Made by a program: the position numbers and the translations under genes
The notes under the pieces: generated by a model
Seen by the model: only the letters and a program-made list of their open reading frames with translations
Told to the model about the DNA's origin: nothing
Databases searched by the model: none
Virus record (IMG/VR): IMGVR_UViG_2937142334_000003
Source of the DNA: a virus
Taxonomy: Duplodnaviria; Heunggongvirae; Uroviricota; Caudoviricetes
Length of the DNA stretch: 54,109 nt
Reading direction: 5' to 3' (one strand)
Shown: positions 30,401 through 37,596 of the stretch, piece by piece
Layout of the letters: every line of letters starts with the position of its first letter
Numbering within the stretch: the first letter of the stretch is position 1

Positions 30401-31274
30401 GCCAGTTATTAGTAGTGAATCTTCTTGTACCTAGTAAAATGTTCGTTTTATTAGTCAACGCCTCAGCGATTTCACCACCGAGTTCATCTTTCTTCACGCT
30501 GATTTCTACACCTTTAGCGGTTTCTTTCAGTTGCGTATCAAGCTTAGAAACAGTGTTGCTTACTGTATCTAAGTCTTGACGACTTGCTTTTCCAAGTAAC
30601 TCATCTTTGGTCTGTTGAACACTGGTTTCTGCTCTTTCAATCTGTTCCTTTAATGGGTCCAAATCTGTTTGCCAGACTTTGTGCTCAAATTTCCCATTAA
30701 TATTAGTTAGCTCGTCATGGATTTTCCCATTATCCATTTGCGTATTTTGTAAATCGGTACGCAGGGTTGACAAGGTCCCCTTAGTGTCTTGTAAATCTTG
30801 ATTCATGCGATCGGCTTCTTTTTGAAGCTGTTCATGCATATTTTGGATGTTGGTATTAAGCTCACTAAAAGTCTTAGTAATTTGCTCGTCTAACTTAGCT
30901 GTCTTATCATTAAGCGCTTCTGCATCAGCTTTGGCTTTATCAATAGACCCCTGCATTTCTTTCATAGCTTGAAGATAAGCTTGTTTTCGTTCTTCCGTTA
31001 ATTGAGCTTCTTCGTTTTGCCACTCAATCCATTGTCGCCTGATTTCCTGTTGATTTTTTACAACATCAGCAATATCTTGGACTAATTGGTCATAACCCTC
31101 TGGTTTTGGAACCTTGCTTGGATCAACATTGCCTCCACCATTCCAAAGTTCGTTGATGGCTTCGACAAGCGTTTCCTTTGAATCAGTCTTTAATTGTGCC
31201 AAATCACCAACAGAGCGAACTGTGGCATAATGGTATTCTCCGTTTTCTAAATACTTAATCGTTTTCTCCATCAA
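24435..31274 (-). CDS. Large tail fibre / host-specificity protein with repeated carbohydrate-binding-like modules
   Basis: 2279 aa; coiled-coil N-terminus; several 'NLL..T/S ... LExGxxATxWxPxPxD' modules; one knob-like domain (KTQGHYFV...WSGWE). Confidence 0.8.
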   Translation of the reverse strand: MMEKTIKYLENGEYHYATVRSVGDLAQLKTDSKETLVEAINELWNGGGNVDPSKVPKPEGYDQLVQDIADVVKNQQEIRRQWIEWQNEEAQLTEERKQAYLQAMKEMQGSIDKAKADAEALNDKTAKLDEQITKTFSELNTNIQNMHEQLQKEADRMNQDLQDTKGTLSTLRTDLQNTQMDNGKIHDELTNINGKFEHKVWQTDLDPLKEQIERAETSVQQTKDELLGKASRQDLDTVSNTVSKLDTQLKETAKGVEISVKKDELGGEIAEALTNKTNILLGTRRFTTNNWQQREHVEICSDPWKGFLVAKQNSPIEGIQQAYDVKAGTTYTFSLFAKMDTLDDSNKPQIILAKDNIDTSLDAKIDVWRKDIEDINSDFKRYDLTFTPSEDCTIYPHIISNSNNPIFVCGYQLEIGKTSTPWEPNQEDVGDYVEKSEAQFNVYNDKIQALTEKQRQQGDTQEKLRTEVTQTAEGVKQVSESLKDTNGDITKLRGDLERTADHMKSEYETYTNKAVGQISDSTLNLIRNSSFQNKDEDFAQWQNVSTKANVRQDENGLCWVELTQSGLTTDNPQGLTSNYFNVKQGKVTVAVDIKSGDKATLDNESVLFLELYNDAKKRVDFRFVTLSELGLSKNLLDDHKVHRGLYRLGIDRNDAQYMTVKAHLIRNGDLYFTNFSARLSSIDDGAYEPNPDDINQQILKQNTKIEQNAKEVAIKANSVDVTRDIKSAVDNVQVGGVNLVKNSETDIVIESKTTDAWPAWCNRAIYWDLTPGETYTFSVSATNTNSVQEASVRIWNSASNKEVGNANFYFPADGKRHSKTFTVPNDGTSYSVWLYAGHMGKIEGKDFATTYHHPQLELGNKSTSWSPAPEDTSAEIKSAKEAAIQVASEQINIHVNELTTSFDDKLNKRVNEVKTASEKFTSDGIEQTVTKITNVKNDVDRLGDNLRNTGTRNLLHNTSDQYKTLTGDGYLCQSTASDIYTSTANYHGGDWFTYAATVTNNSTKNVTLETWLFDQNKAALDPNSIAPIPLATHSADVYPGEKDKRVSASFQISGATWYIRTYVIFDGGGAPANSQVQVKDERLVEGKLAGSWSPNPDDVNQQITNTNRKIDTQTLDSANIDEMKTQGHYFVRNLTGNPIDGWVYVDVTGNNNDRIRQDVYQDTGSRHMYRRLFGNSWSGWEQGAYISDVNNVKTEVTASVKNLGDRVTTQVNSITTRQNNFENEAKEQHSNDVELVRKSDFEDGSKGSWTVTGVVSATNPAPPAELGQPGMKVLQTNTRDGYEDGIWYSVKPGEKFDVDYWCAPSPAFYTAFGLVFADKDKVNWNWQGINSDQSGQWKHYTGTITAPANAAFAKPWYQMDKPANNTENSSWIAKPHIRRQNPQVAEKISELNTKWDVANGQIQGKVTETQVNDILNGKGYATQSWAQTQFQMKSDAITLQAVRDNITNGIQNQVNSIDNRVTNAQVGERNLAVGTNRGKAGWWVDPGNGSVSTDVALLNGVKGLHINNTKKSTSWWVVCYPFDMGKLKPNTYYTISFDLQTSEDTNGGAIIDLARGDSSGSPFIYGRGGNITTKGGEITHVTRTYKTSGSIENNGQALYINSIALGNSNIVNIANLMIVEGTQSSVWKPAPEDQGSGQNLLRGTADFSWPTGIGFNGDFNTSFERFDDTSIAFHLWGSKGGGIYTRWGGAFPDGQLQVGEQYTFSFDIKGSGKFSTVHNESEPEKPPITLNGVNVPSEWARVSVTGTIQALDQAFIIYFRDNFDVRIKNVKIERGAIATPWTPHPFDDKDKGVNLLKSTAYWNPNDWNHISDGHWYDDNWTDNLGHKAYGRSNAAWDGLGQTVYVTPGVYTWSAQIYLNGLDGNDFVVPYMGDSQYNGTVQVQDIRKPQLREGDQNRWINYSATFYVKNAGNLCVRPALNRDHGTIHVGSQKLEHGMVATPWSLSPYDSDPQNIVSAINITPDNIKIASKKIIIDGNTDIHGDLRTDRVRLVGKQGLIDMTGDQGIQLKNSDGSSILLGNGNMDLMYKSDFRMNIDSSMITIMHRNPNMNQSSPIAIGNIGAMFRGGNGKCRGLGIRYNPGSDNEQFHGADFLDIGYNDPNELGNIINQLELTSKDMQLGKTRKRKGVNFLDDINLQSYQKINVGDNDQEDGKWSNDPLMIHRVNWSNSYQADRYQPTIRLGYGPNSYGHAGVTFLWDQIKPFGDRDISDLGSIWFNGLRFSFGWVHHQRMFNNQDQPAFMRFDDKGGIMSGVAFASGSTWDLDTGAWNITASVMNHGG

Positions 31275-31318
31275 CGATTCCCCTTTATAAAATGTTTTTA
31301 AAATCTATAAATTATTGA

Positions 31319-31346
31319 AAAAATAAAGCCCTTATTACGGACTTTA
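31319..31346 (-). terminator. Intrinsic terminator after major tail gene
   Basis: AAAGUCC-N7-GGGCUUU followed by AUUUUUU. Confidence 0.6.
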
Positions 31347-31402
31347 GAATCCATTCATGACCGTATAAATGGATTGTTATAATCTGCTTAGTTGAAAGAT
31401 GA

Positions 31403-31427
31403 ATGGGGAGTCGAACCCCATCCAGCT
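31403..31427 (-). repeat. tRNA T-arm-like hairpin, copy 1
   Basis: AGCTGGATGGGG-TTCGACT-CCCCAT immediately 3' of the major tail gene stop; 23/25 identical to 36088-36112. Confidence 0.75.
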
Positions 31428-31432
31428 AATTG

Positions 31433-32539
31433 CTATTCGATGTATTTGTAAATAGCTTGGTCGTTATTTTCATCAGCTAACAAGTCAAATTCCAATGAAA
31501 GGGAAGTTACTTGTTCTGAATTTTGGTTGAATGTTACATTTGCAGCAGGCTTTACATTAGTAAAGTGAATTTGTGCAAACTTATCTTCACCGTCTTGGGA
31601 ACGAATTACAGCATCGGCGTAAATTTCGTAGTTAGTTGCAAACTTAAGTGCATTGATAGTGTAAGAAGATATACCGTCTTGCTTTACAACGTAGTACACT
31701 GCGTAAGTAGCACCGACAACGGATTCATCAGAAAGTTGAATTCCGTTTCCACCCTGAGTCATCTTGAAGTACAAGCCATTTAAGCTAGCCCCACTAGCAT
31801 TTTCTTGTGCCTTTTGGATTGCCTCTCTAGTTGCCTTAACAGCAACGCCGGCTGCGTGAGTACCTGATGTAGCAGTAGTAATAACTACTTCAGCAGATTG
31901 TACTGATTGTCCCGCTCCATTCTTAGCCACAACTGTGTACGTGTATTTTGTTTCAGGAGTTAAGTTTGAGTCGTTGAATGAAGTACCAGCAGGGTATCCA
32001 ATAGCAACTCCATTTCGGTAAACAACATAACTAGTTGCATTGGCTGTAGAACTCCAAGTAATTGTTGCAGTTGTGTCCTTAGCAGAAACAGCAACATCAG
32101 TTACCATTTGTGGAACTGAACCAGCGTCTCCAGAAACCAACATAGGAATTTCAGTAATATGTTCACGCTTATCCTTGTCGTCTACACGGAACACAGATAC
32201 AGAACCTTCAACTGGCTTTACGCCTAAATCAATTAAGCGATCTCCTTGTAATTGGAATACTTTTCGCTTAAAGATAGTGTTTGTTCCCTTATGCAAGTCA
32301 TCATCACCGGCCATCATTGCTAAGAGCCGAAGATCAAACATTTCAGTTTGAATGGTTAACTTACCAGTCCGTGCAGAGTCCCATGCAATTGCTTGTGTAC
32401 CCTTCTTCTTGGCATATACACGGTTAGATTGCCATTGCGTATTTGTTTGGTTTGCGTAATCAATGTATAAAACGGGAGTAGTAGTACCACGCTTTACAAA
32501 TGTGATATTTGACGCATCCTTCAAACCATAAGTAGACAT
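31433..32539 (-). CDS. Major tail (tube) protein with internal fibronectin type III domain
   Basis: 368 aa after neck genes; FN3 signature (ATITW...SYVVYRNG...NLTPETKYTYTVVAKN) inserted mid-protein. Confidence 0.8.
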   Translation of the reverse strand: MSTYGLKDASNITFVKRGTTTPVLYIDYANQTNTQWQSNRVYAKKKGTQAIAWDSARTGKLTIQTEMFDLRLLAMMAGDDDLHKGTNTIFKRKVFQLQGDRLIDLGVKPVEGSVSVFRVDDKDKREHITEIPMLVSGDAGSVPQMVTDVAVSAKDTTATITWSSTANATSYVVYRNGVAIGYPAGTSFNDSNLTPETKYTYTVVAKNGAGQSVQSAEVVITTATSGTHAAGVAVKATREAIQKAQENASGASLNGLYFKMTQGGNGIQLSDESVVGATYAVYYVVKQDGISSYTINALKFATNYEIYADAVIRSQDGEDKFAQIHFTNVKPAANVTFNQNSEQVTSLSLEFDLLADENNDQAIYKYIE

Positions 32540-32562
32540 ATAATCAATGTCTCCTTTCGTAT

Positions 32563-33366
32563 TTAGTCTTTATTTTTTTCATCAAATTTGATTAGTTTTA
32601 TTTCTTCATTTAGATCAGGCATTTTCATATCTTTCGTATCGAACTTTTCTGATGTATAAATCTGATACTGTTTTTCTGATGAATACTTAGCGGTATAAGC
32701 AGATAAAAGATTTGAAAACTGGTAATAGGTCATACCTTGAATATCAGCAAAGCTAATGTATCCAGGCGCAAATACTTCTAGCTGAAGGATTTGATCTCCT
32801 AATTCCGTTCCTTTTCTTTTCATGGCTTGTTGTAATCGACCTTTGTATGTGTTTTTCCACATTTGAATCTTTCTTGGATTACTTCCCACACCCTTGGGTG
32901 CAATCAAGTCCCTATTGGGCTTTGACAAAGTAACTGCTTTGATTAGGTTAGATAGGTCAATGTATGTTTCCCTGTCGATAATCCAATCCAGTTCTTCGCT
33001 TACGATCTTTTTATTACTCAAGATTTTGTACTGTTCTTCTTTCGTCCTAGTCCAGTACGAAAGCGCTTTCAAAAATTGCCGTAATAAAGTAGCGCCTTTA
33101 CCAAACATGGCCTCTCCAACAAGGTCATTCATTTCATTGTCAAAAGCCATATCCCATAGAGACGGGAATCTTTCTTCTATCAGATCAACCTGCTCAGGAA
33201 CACCACTAAATTGTTCCCGAACCCCTGTTACAAAAACACGAGTACAATCACTAAAGTCATTGTTTTCTGCTTCTGCTAATTCACCAATTGTGGGAATATG
33301 AAAAGTTACCTTATCGTTTATAGGTATATCTTTCCCTAGAATCACATAAGAATAGTTAATTCTCAT
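32563..33366 (-). CDS. Hypothetical tail morphogenesis protein
   Basis: 267-aa ORF between tail completion gene and major tail gene. Confidence 0.5.
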   Translation of the reverse strand: MRINYSYVILGKDIPINDKVTFHIPTIGELAEAENNDFSDCTRVFVTGVREQFSGVPEQVDLIEERFPSLWDMAFDNEMNDLVGEAMFGKGATLLRQFLKALSYWTRTKEEQYKILSNKKIVSEELDWIIDRETYIDLSNLIKAVTLSKPNRDLIAPKGVGSNPRKIQMWKNTYKGRLQQAMKRKGTELGDQILQLEVFAPGYISFADIQGMTYYQFSNLLSAYTAKYSSEKQYQIYTSEKFDTKDMKMPDLNEEIKLIKFDEKNKD

Positions 33367-33378
33367 AGCAGACGTCCT

Positions 33379-33942
33379 TTACTTAAAGTCGTATACTCTC
33401 ATCATTAGTTGGTAGCCGCCAAACTTATTGTTTTGCTCCCATAATTCAGAAAGTTGACCAATTTTTACAGTCCCGATTCCGTATCTTCTAGAATCGGAGA
33501 ATAAGTCATAAATTCTAGCGAGTATTTGATCTTGCCTTTGTCCTTCATCGATATCCATAATTTTGTTATCAACAAGGATAAAGAAGTATAAGTACCCCAT
33601 CACGAAATCACTATCTACGTGATAATGAATTTCTGGAAATGAGAAATTAGAAATCGCCATACCAATAAATGATTGCTGGTCCATAACTACCCCAGGCTTA
33701 TATCTTGTTGGATAAATCCGACGCTTTTCTTCTCCCTCTGTTACCAGTTCATATTTTTGCTCCTCGGTTAAATCAGGACGGCTTAATGCATCAGATGAGT
33801 CATAATAAAGTAATTTTGCTAAATCATCATCCATTGCCATTGTTTCCATCATTTGCTGTTTCCACTCACTAATCTTCATAACTGAAGACACATGTTTTGG
33901 AGCCTCATTTGTAATTTCCTTTGCGGGCACTCTCTCATTCAC
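33379..33942 (-). CDS. Putative tail terminator/completion protein
   Basis: 187 aa, syntenic position. Confidence 0.5.
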   Translation of the reverse strand: MNERVPAKEITNEAPKHVSSVMKISEWKQQMMETMAMDDDLAKLLYYDSSDALSRPDLTEEQKYELVTEGEEKRRIYPTRYKPGVVMDQQSFIGMAISNFSFPEIHYHVDSDFVMGYLYFFILVDNKIMDIDEGQRQDQILARIYDLFSDSRRYGIGTVKIGQLSELWEQNNKFGGYQLMMRVYDFK

Positions 33943-33945
33943 TCC

Positions 33946-35004
33946 CTAGAACTTCTTTATAATTTTTATTGCAATATTTTTTATTTCGTCATTGGCTTTT
34001 GCTGTGATTGTTACTGTTTGTCCAACTAGCTTATAGATGTCTTTCACAGTCACAGTAATGCTATGATTATCTTTTTCTTTTACATAAAATGGAGAGTCTT
34101 CAAGGGTTCCAATCATCCATTCGGAGACATCTGCCTTAGTTCCATCAGAATTCATCGCTGTATAGACATAGGTATGCCCTAGGCGAGCTTTAATTGTTCC
34201 TTCGATATTCCATTCAACTTTTGGCTTTTCGTCCTCAGAATGGCTGTCAGAGCCGTCTGTAGGCATAGTCAACTTAGATACATCTTTTGTGGAATCGTCT
34301 TCGTCTTTACCTCCAGAATCCCAATAATCAGCTATTTCCAAATCAGAATTATCGGTTTCCGGATTCTTTGTATCTTCGTCTAGTAACCAGTTAACTAACC
34401 CCGGTCTTGATACGTAGTCAGCGAATTCAATTTTATAGACTTGACCAGCAATCCAAAGTCTTGTCCCAACTTTTACCGCTCTTGTTTCTGGAACATCTTT
34501 GATGTAAACAGACATTTTCGCATTTGCTAATGCGATATTTTGTCCTGAGAATGACACCCCTAAGGTATATAATGTCTGGTTCTGTACATAAGCAGGCCAG
34601 CCTTTCCCAAAGTTGCAAATCAGCTTACTGTTCTTGTTCATCAACCATTTAAGCCGTCTGTTCGTATGCTTTATCTTTAATTGTTGATGAGAAGGAATCG
34701 TTTTATACTCTTCAGTAAAAACCATCCATGTTTCGTCCGCCCATTCAATATATGAGCCCACACCAACTTCAACTGAATTTGGGACAACAACGTACTTGTC
34801 ATCAGATAAATCTTTATTATTGCTTTGCGAATGATCTTGAAAGACTGCCTGCGTTGGAACACCATCAATAATACAATCATGCTTAGTTAGAGTATCTTTG
34901 TAGTAAAGATTAAAGCCCTCAAGCTGCCGATTATAATTTCTATTAACTCTGTTGTCCCCAATGACTCGTTGCTTTCTGCGGTATGATGTTGCAAAACTAC
35001 TCAT
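33946..35004 (-). CDS. Putative head-closure / neck protein
   Basis: 352 aa, syntenic; beta-rich with C-terminal Ig-like region. Confidence 0.5.
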   Translation of the reverse strand: MSSFATSYRRKQRVIGDNRVNRNYNRQLEGFNLYYKDTLTKHDCIIDGVPTQAVFQDHSQSNNKDLSDDKYVVVPNSVEVGVGSYIEWADETWMVFTEEYKTIPSHQQLKIKHTNRRLKWLMNKNSKLICNFGKGWPAYVQNQTLYTLGVSFSGQNIALANAKMSVYIKDVPETRAVKVGTRLWIAGQVYKIEFADYVSRPGLVNWLLDEDTKNPETDNSDLEIADYWDSGGKDEDDSTKDVSKLTMPTDGSDSHSEDEKPKVEWNIEGTIKARLGHTYVYTAMNSDGTKADVSEWMIGTLEDSPFYVKEKDNHSITVTVKDIYKLVGQTVTITAKANDEIKNIAIKIIKKF

Positions 35005-35459
35005 TTCATTTCACCATACAGTTCTGGATTCGAGTATTCTAATCGATTGATTTGAGCGGTAATCTCCCTACTCAATTGTTTCTCCATAGTCTGGAGACGG
35101 TCCAAGTATTGATATCCCTGAACCGTATTAAAGTCTCGATCACCAATCGCTTTTCGCATTAACTCTTCCGAATTCAGATGTTCACGAACCCACTCAAGTT
35201 TCATTGCCTGTGCAAGTAAAGCAATTTCTACTCTTGTCATCTTGAAGTTAAATCTCTTATTTTCAGGATCGTCATCCATGAAATCTTTAGCTATATAAGT
35301 ACTGAAAAGTAATCGACCTGAATCCATATATCCATATAAGACGCTTTCTAATTCGTCATCATCCATTTGAGCGAAGTCATATGAATCTACTGTATTCAAG
35401 AAAACCTTGTAGACTTCTTCGTAATATGTATATTTAGGGTCATTACTTCCATTTGCCAT
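35001..35459 (-). CDS. Putative head-tail adaptor
   Basis: Start at ATG 35459 behind GGGAG; helical 152 aa; TYYEEVYKVFL N-terminus. Confidence 0.5.
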   Translation of the reverse strand: MANGSNDPKYTYYEEVYKVFLNTVDSYDFAQMDDDELESVLYGYMDSGRLLFSTYIAKDFMDDDPENKRFNFKMTRVEIALLAQAMKLEWVREHLNSEELMRKAIGDRDFNTVQGYQYLDRLQTMEKQLSREITAQINRLEYSNPELYGEMK

Positions 35460-35484
35460 GAAAGACTCCCCTTTCAAATAATAT

Positions 35485-36048
35485 TTAGTGACCTTCTACC
35501 GCTTTAACGGACACATCTACATCCGCCCAGAAATCCTCATCTCTGTTATTAACAAGGTCTTGTTTGTCACGATTTGTTAAGCGTCGTTGTTTATACATCT
35601 CAACCGTTGTCATAACGATCGCATTTCTCAGTGGAGTTTTAAGTGCTTCCTTAAATTCGTCTATATCTGAATCAACTACAAAGTCAGCAAGAGCATCTGA
35701 ATACAATGCTTCCACCTCATCAAATTCGTCTTCATTAAAACCTTCTACAAATTTAAGGTATGAACTATAAACATCTGTTAATCGCAATCCGCGAACAACA
35801 TCCATAATTGAAATATCTTCGTCAGAGTTAACGTCAATTATTAACAGAGACATATTTTCAAAATACTTTTTTAGCTTTCTTGCTTCAGAGTATGTGATGT
35901 ATTCTTCATCACCGTTCTCTTCTAAAACAATTGAAAGTACCCCATTCTTTGATTCGTAAGCAAAAGTACCATAAGTATTATTTGCAACTACTATTTCAGT
36001 TGAGGGGTCAATAATTTTGCGCTTCCGGCGCTTTACTTCACGTGACAT
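35485..36048 (-). CDS. Hypothetical head-associated protein
   Basis: Start reassigned to ATG 36048 (RBS GAGAGG); directly after capsid gene. Confidence 0.55.
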   Translation of the reverse strand: MSREVKRRKRKIIDPSTEIVVANNTYGTFAYESKNGVLSIVLEENGDEEYITYSEARKLKKYFENMSLLIIDVNSDEDISIMDVVRGLRLTDVYSSYLKFVEGFNEDEFDEVEALYSDALADFVVDSDIDEFKEALKTPLRNAIVMTTVEMYKQRRLTNRDKQDLVNNRDEDFWADVDVSVKAVEGH

Positions 36049-36087
36049 TCTCAAAACCTCTCTTTCATATGTTGTCACTATAACTAG

Positions 36088-36112
36088 ATGAGGAGTCGAA
36101 CCCCACCCAGCT
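36088..36112 (-). repeat. tRNA T-arm-like hairpin, copy 2
   Basis: AGCTGGGTGGGG-TTCGACT-CCTCAT immediately 3' of the capsid stop. Confidence 0.75.
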
Positions 36113-36117
36113 TACGA

Positions 36118-37101
36118 TTAGCCTAATTCAGCCATACCGTATACTTTCATTTGAAGAGCCATGATTCCCATACGTTCGATGGTCTTAAAGCCCATTTGTA
36201 AATCATTCCGTCCTGTGTAGTCTGGTTCAACAGTGATAGCGTCACCTTCCATTACCACACCAACGATCTTTTCACCTTCTGGAAGAATCAAAAGCTTGTT
36301 ATCATCAAGGGCGAATTCATCTTTGTTAACCTTAAATGCTTGTGGAATTTCGTTTAACTTCAATCCACGAACAACACCAAGGAAGCCCTTTTCATTTAAT
36401 TCGTTCTTCATATCACCTGAGTAGAGATTTACGTTTGCCATTTCTGCTAACTTGCTTAAAGCAGCCTTGGTTCCATAAATTTCTACATTACGGTTAGCTT
36501 TAACTTGAATACGTTCTGCAAGCTTAACAACTTGATCAAGAGTTGCTTGACCAGTTACCTTGTCAGTAGCATTAAGTAATGAGTAACTGTCATTCAATGC
36601 TTCTGCAATAGTAGATTGAATGTGATTTGTAAATGCTTGCGCCACACGATCAATCAAGTTACTCCAGTCAATAGTTCCAGTCATAAATTGGTGGAGTTCT
36701 GTGTATACAGATGCGCCAAAGTCTTCTGTTTCAATTGAGTAATGAGTGTCCTTGATAGTTTGCCGACGAATATCTTGGTCACCGGCTGCTACGCGACCTA
36801 CCCGAATAGCCTTTGGATCTTGTACTTGGAAAATCGGTTTTTCACCAATAGCAACAGTACGAATGTCAGCAATATTAGCAAATTGGTCCGTTAATAAACG
36901 TGGAACAACTGCGTCAACCGCTTCAGAAATTAATTCGAAAACATCATACTTGTTTTTACCCCAAGAAGTAGGAGTAAATTCTCCACCAAGTGCGTCTAAA
37001 ATAGCGTTACGCATTGCTTCTTGACCTGATACACCGTTCTTGCTAAATTCACGCTTGAAGTATAGGTCGCGAGCAAAATTCATAAAATCGTTTCTTTCCA
37101 T
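36118..37101 (-). CDS. Major capsid protein (SPbeta YonB-like)
   Basis: 327 aa after scaffold and small head gene; 'FELISEAVDAVVP', 'GASVYTELHQFMTG.IDW' capsid-type segments. Confidence 0.8.
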   Translation of the reverse strand: MERNDFMNFARDLYFKREFSKNGVSGQEAMRNAILDALGGEFTPTSWGKNKYDVFELISEAVDAVVPRLLTDQFANIADIRTVAIGEKPIFQVQDPKAIRVGRVAAGDQDIRRQTIKDTHYSIETEDFGASVYTELHQFMTGTIDWSNLIDRVAQAFTNHIQSTIAEALNDSYSLLNATDKVTGQATLDQVVKLAERIQVKANRNVEIYGTKAALSKLAEMANVNLYSGDMKNELNEKGFLGVVRGLKLNEIPQAFKVNKDEFALDDNKLLILPEGEKIVGVVMEGDAITVEPDYTGRNDLQMGFKTIERMGIMALQMKVYGMAELG

Positions 37102-37125
37102 TTGAATATTTACCTCGTTTCCTTA

Positions 37126-37566
37126 TTAGCGAATAGCGATTACAAACATGTCGCCGTAAAATCCTTGATTTTCTTCGCCAATAATTTGTGCGATACCGCG
37201 ACCTTCTGTTTTCTTGAACCCTAAACCATCGTCACCAATGGTTAATCCGTCACCCTTCTTTGCGCCAGCTACTAAGTCTTTAGTCACTGAAATAACATCG
37301 CCCTTTTCCATATGGAAAGCACGACCAGTTTGTCCTGCCTTAGTAACATAGTCTGCAAAATCAGTATTTGGATCATATCTGGTAAAACTTGTAACAAGAA
37401 GAACATCAGCTGTATCTTCTGCCTTTGCCTTTTCCGCTAAACGACGTTCACCGTCTGCGTCAAGAAGGCCTAAAGTTAACCATTGACCGTTCTTTAGATC
37501 TTCTTTGGCTACAACGCTGTCAATATGCGCAGTAGATTTAATCTTTTCTAAAATAACTTCAGCCAT
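37126..37566 (-). CDS. Head decoration / capsid-associated protein
   Basis: 146 aa between scaffold and capsid. Confidence 0.55.
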   Translation of the reverse strand: MAEVILEKIKSTAHIDSVVAKEDLKNGQWLTLGLLDADGERRLAEKAKAEDTADVLLVTSFTRYDPNTDFADYVTKAGQTGRAFHMEKGDVISVTKDLVAGAKKGDGLTIGDDGLGFKKTEGRGIAQIIGEENQGFYGDMFVIAIR

Positions 37567-37596
37567 AGATTTATAAACCTCTTTCTCTCTATCTAA

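Noticed and set aside
32563-33366. Programmed -1 frameshift for a tail chaperone pair
   Set aside because: No overlapping downstream frame or convincing slippery site was found by eye here or at 22252-22860.
31403-36112. tRNA genes at the GGTTCGACTCC motifs
   Set aside because: Only a T-arm is present; there is no acceptor stem, D arm, anticodon arm or CCA.
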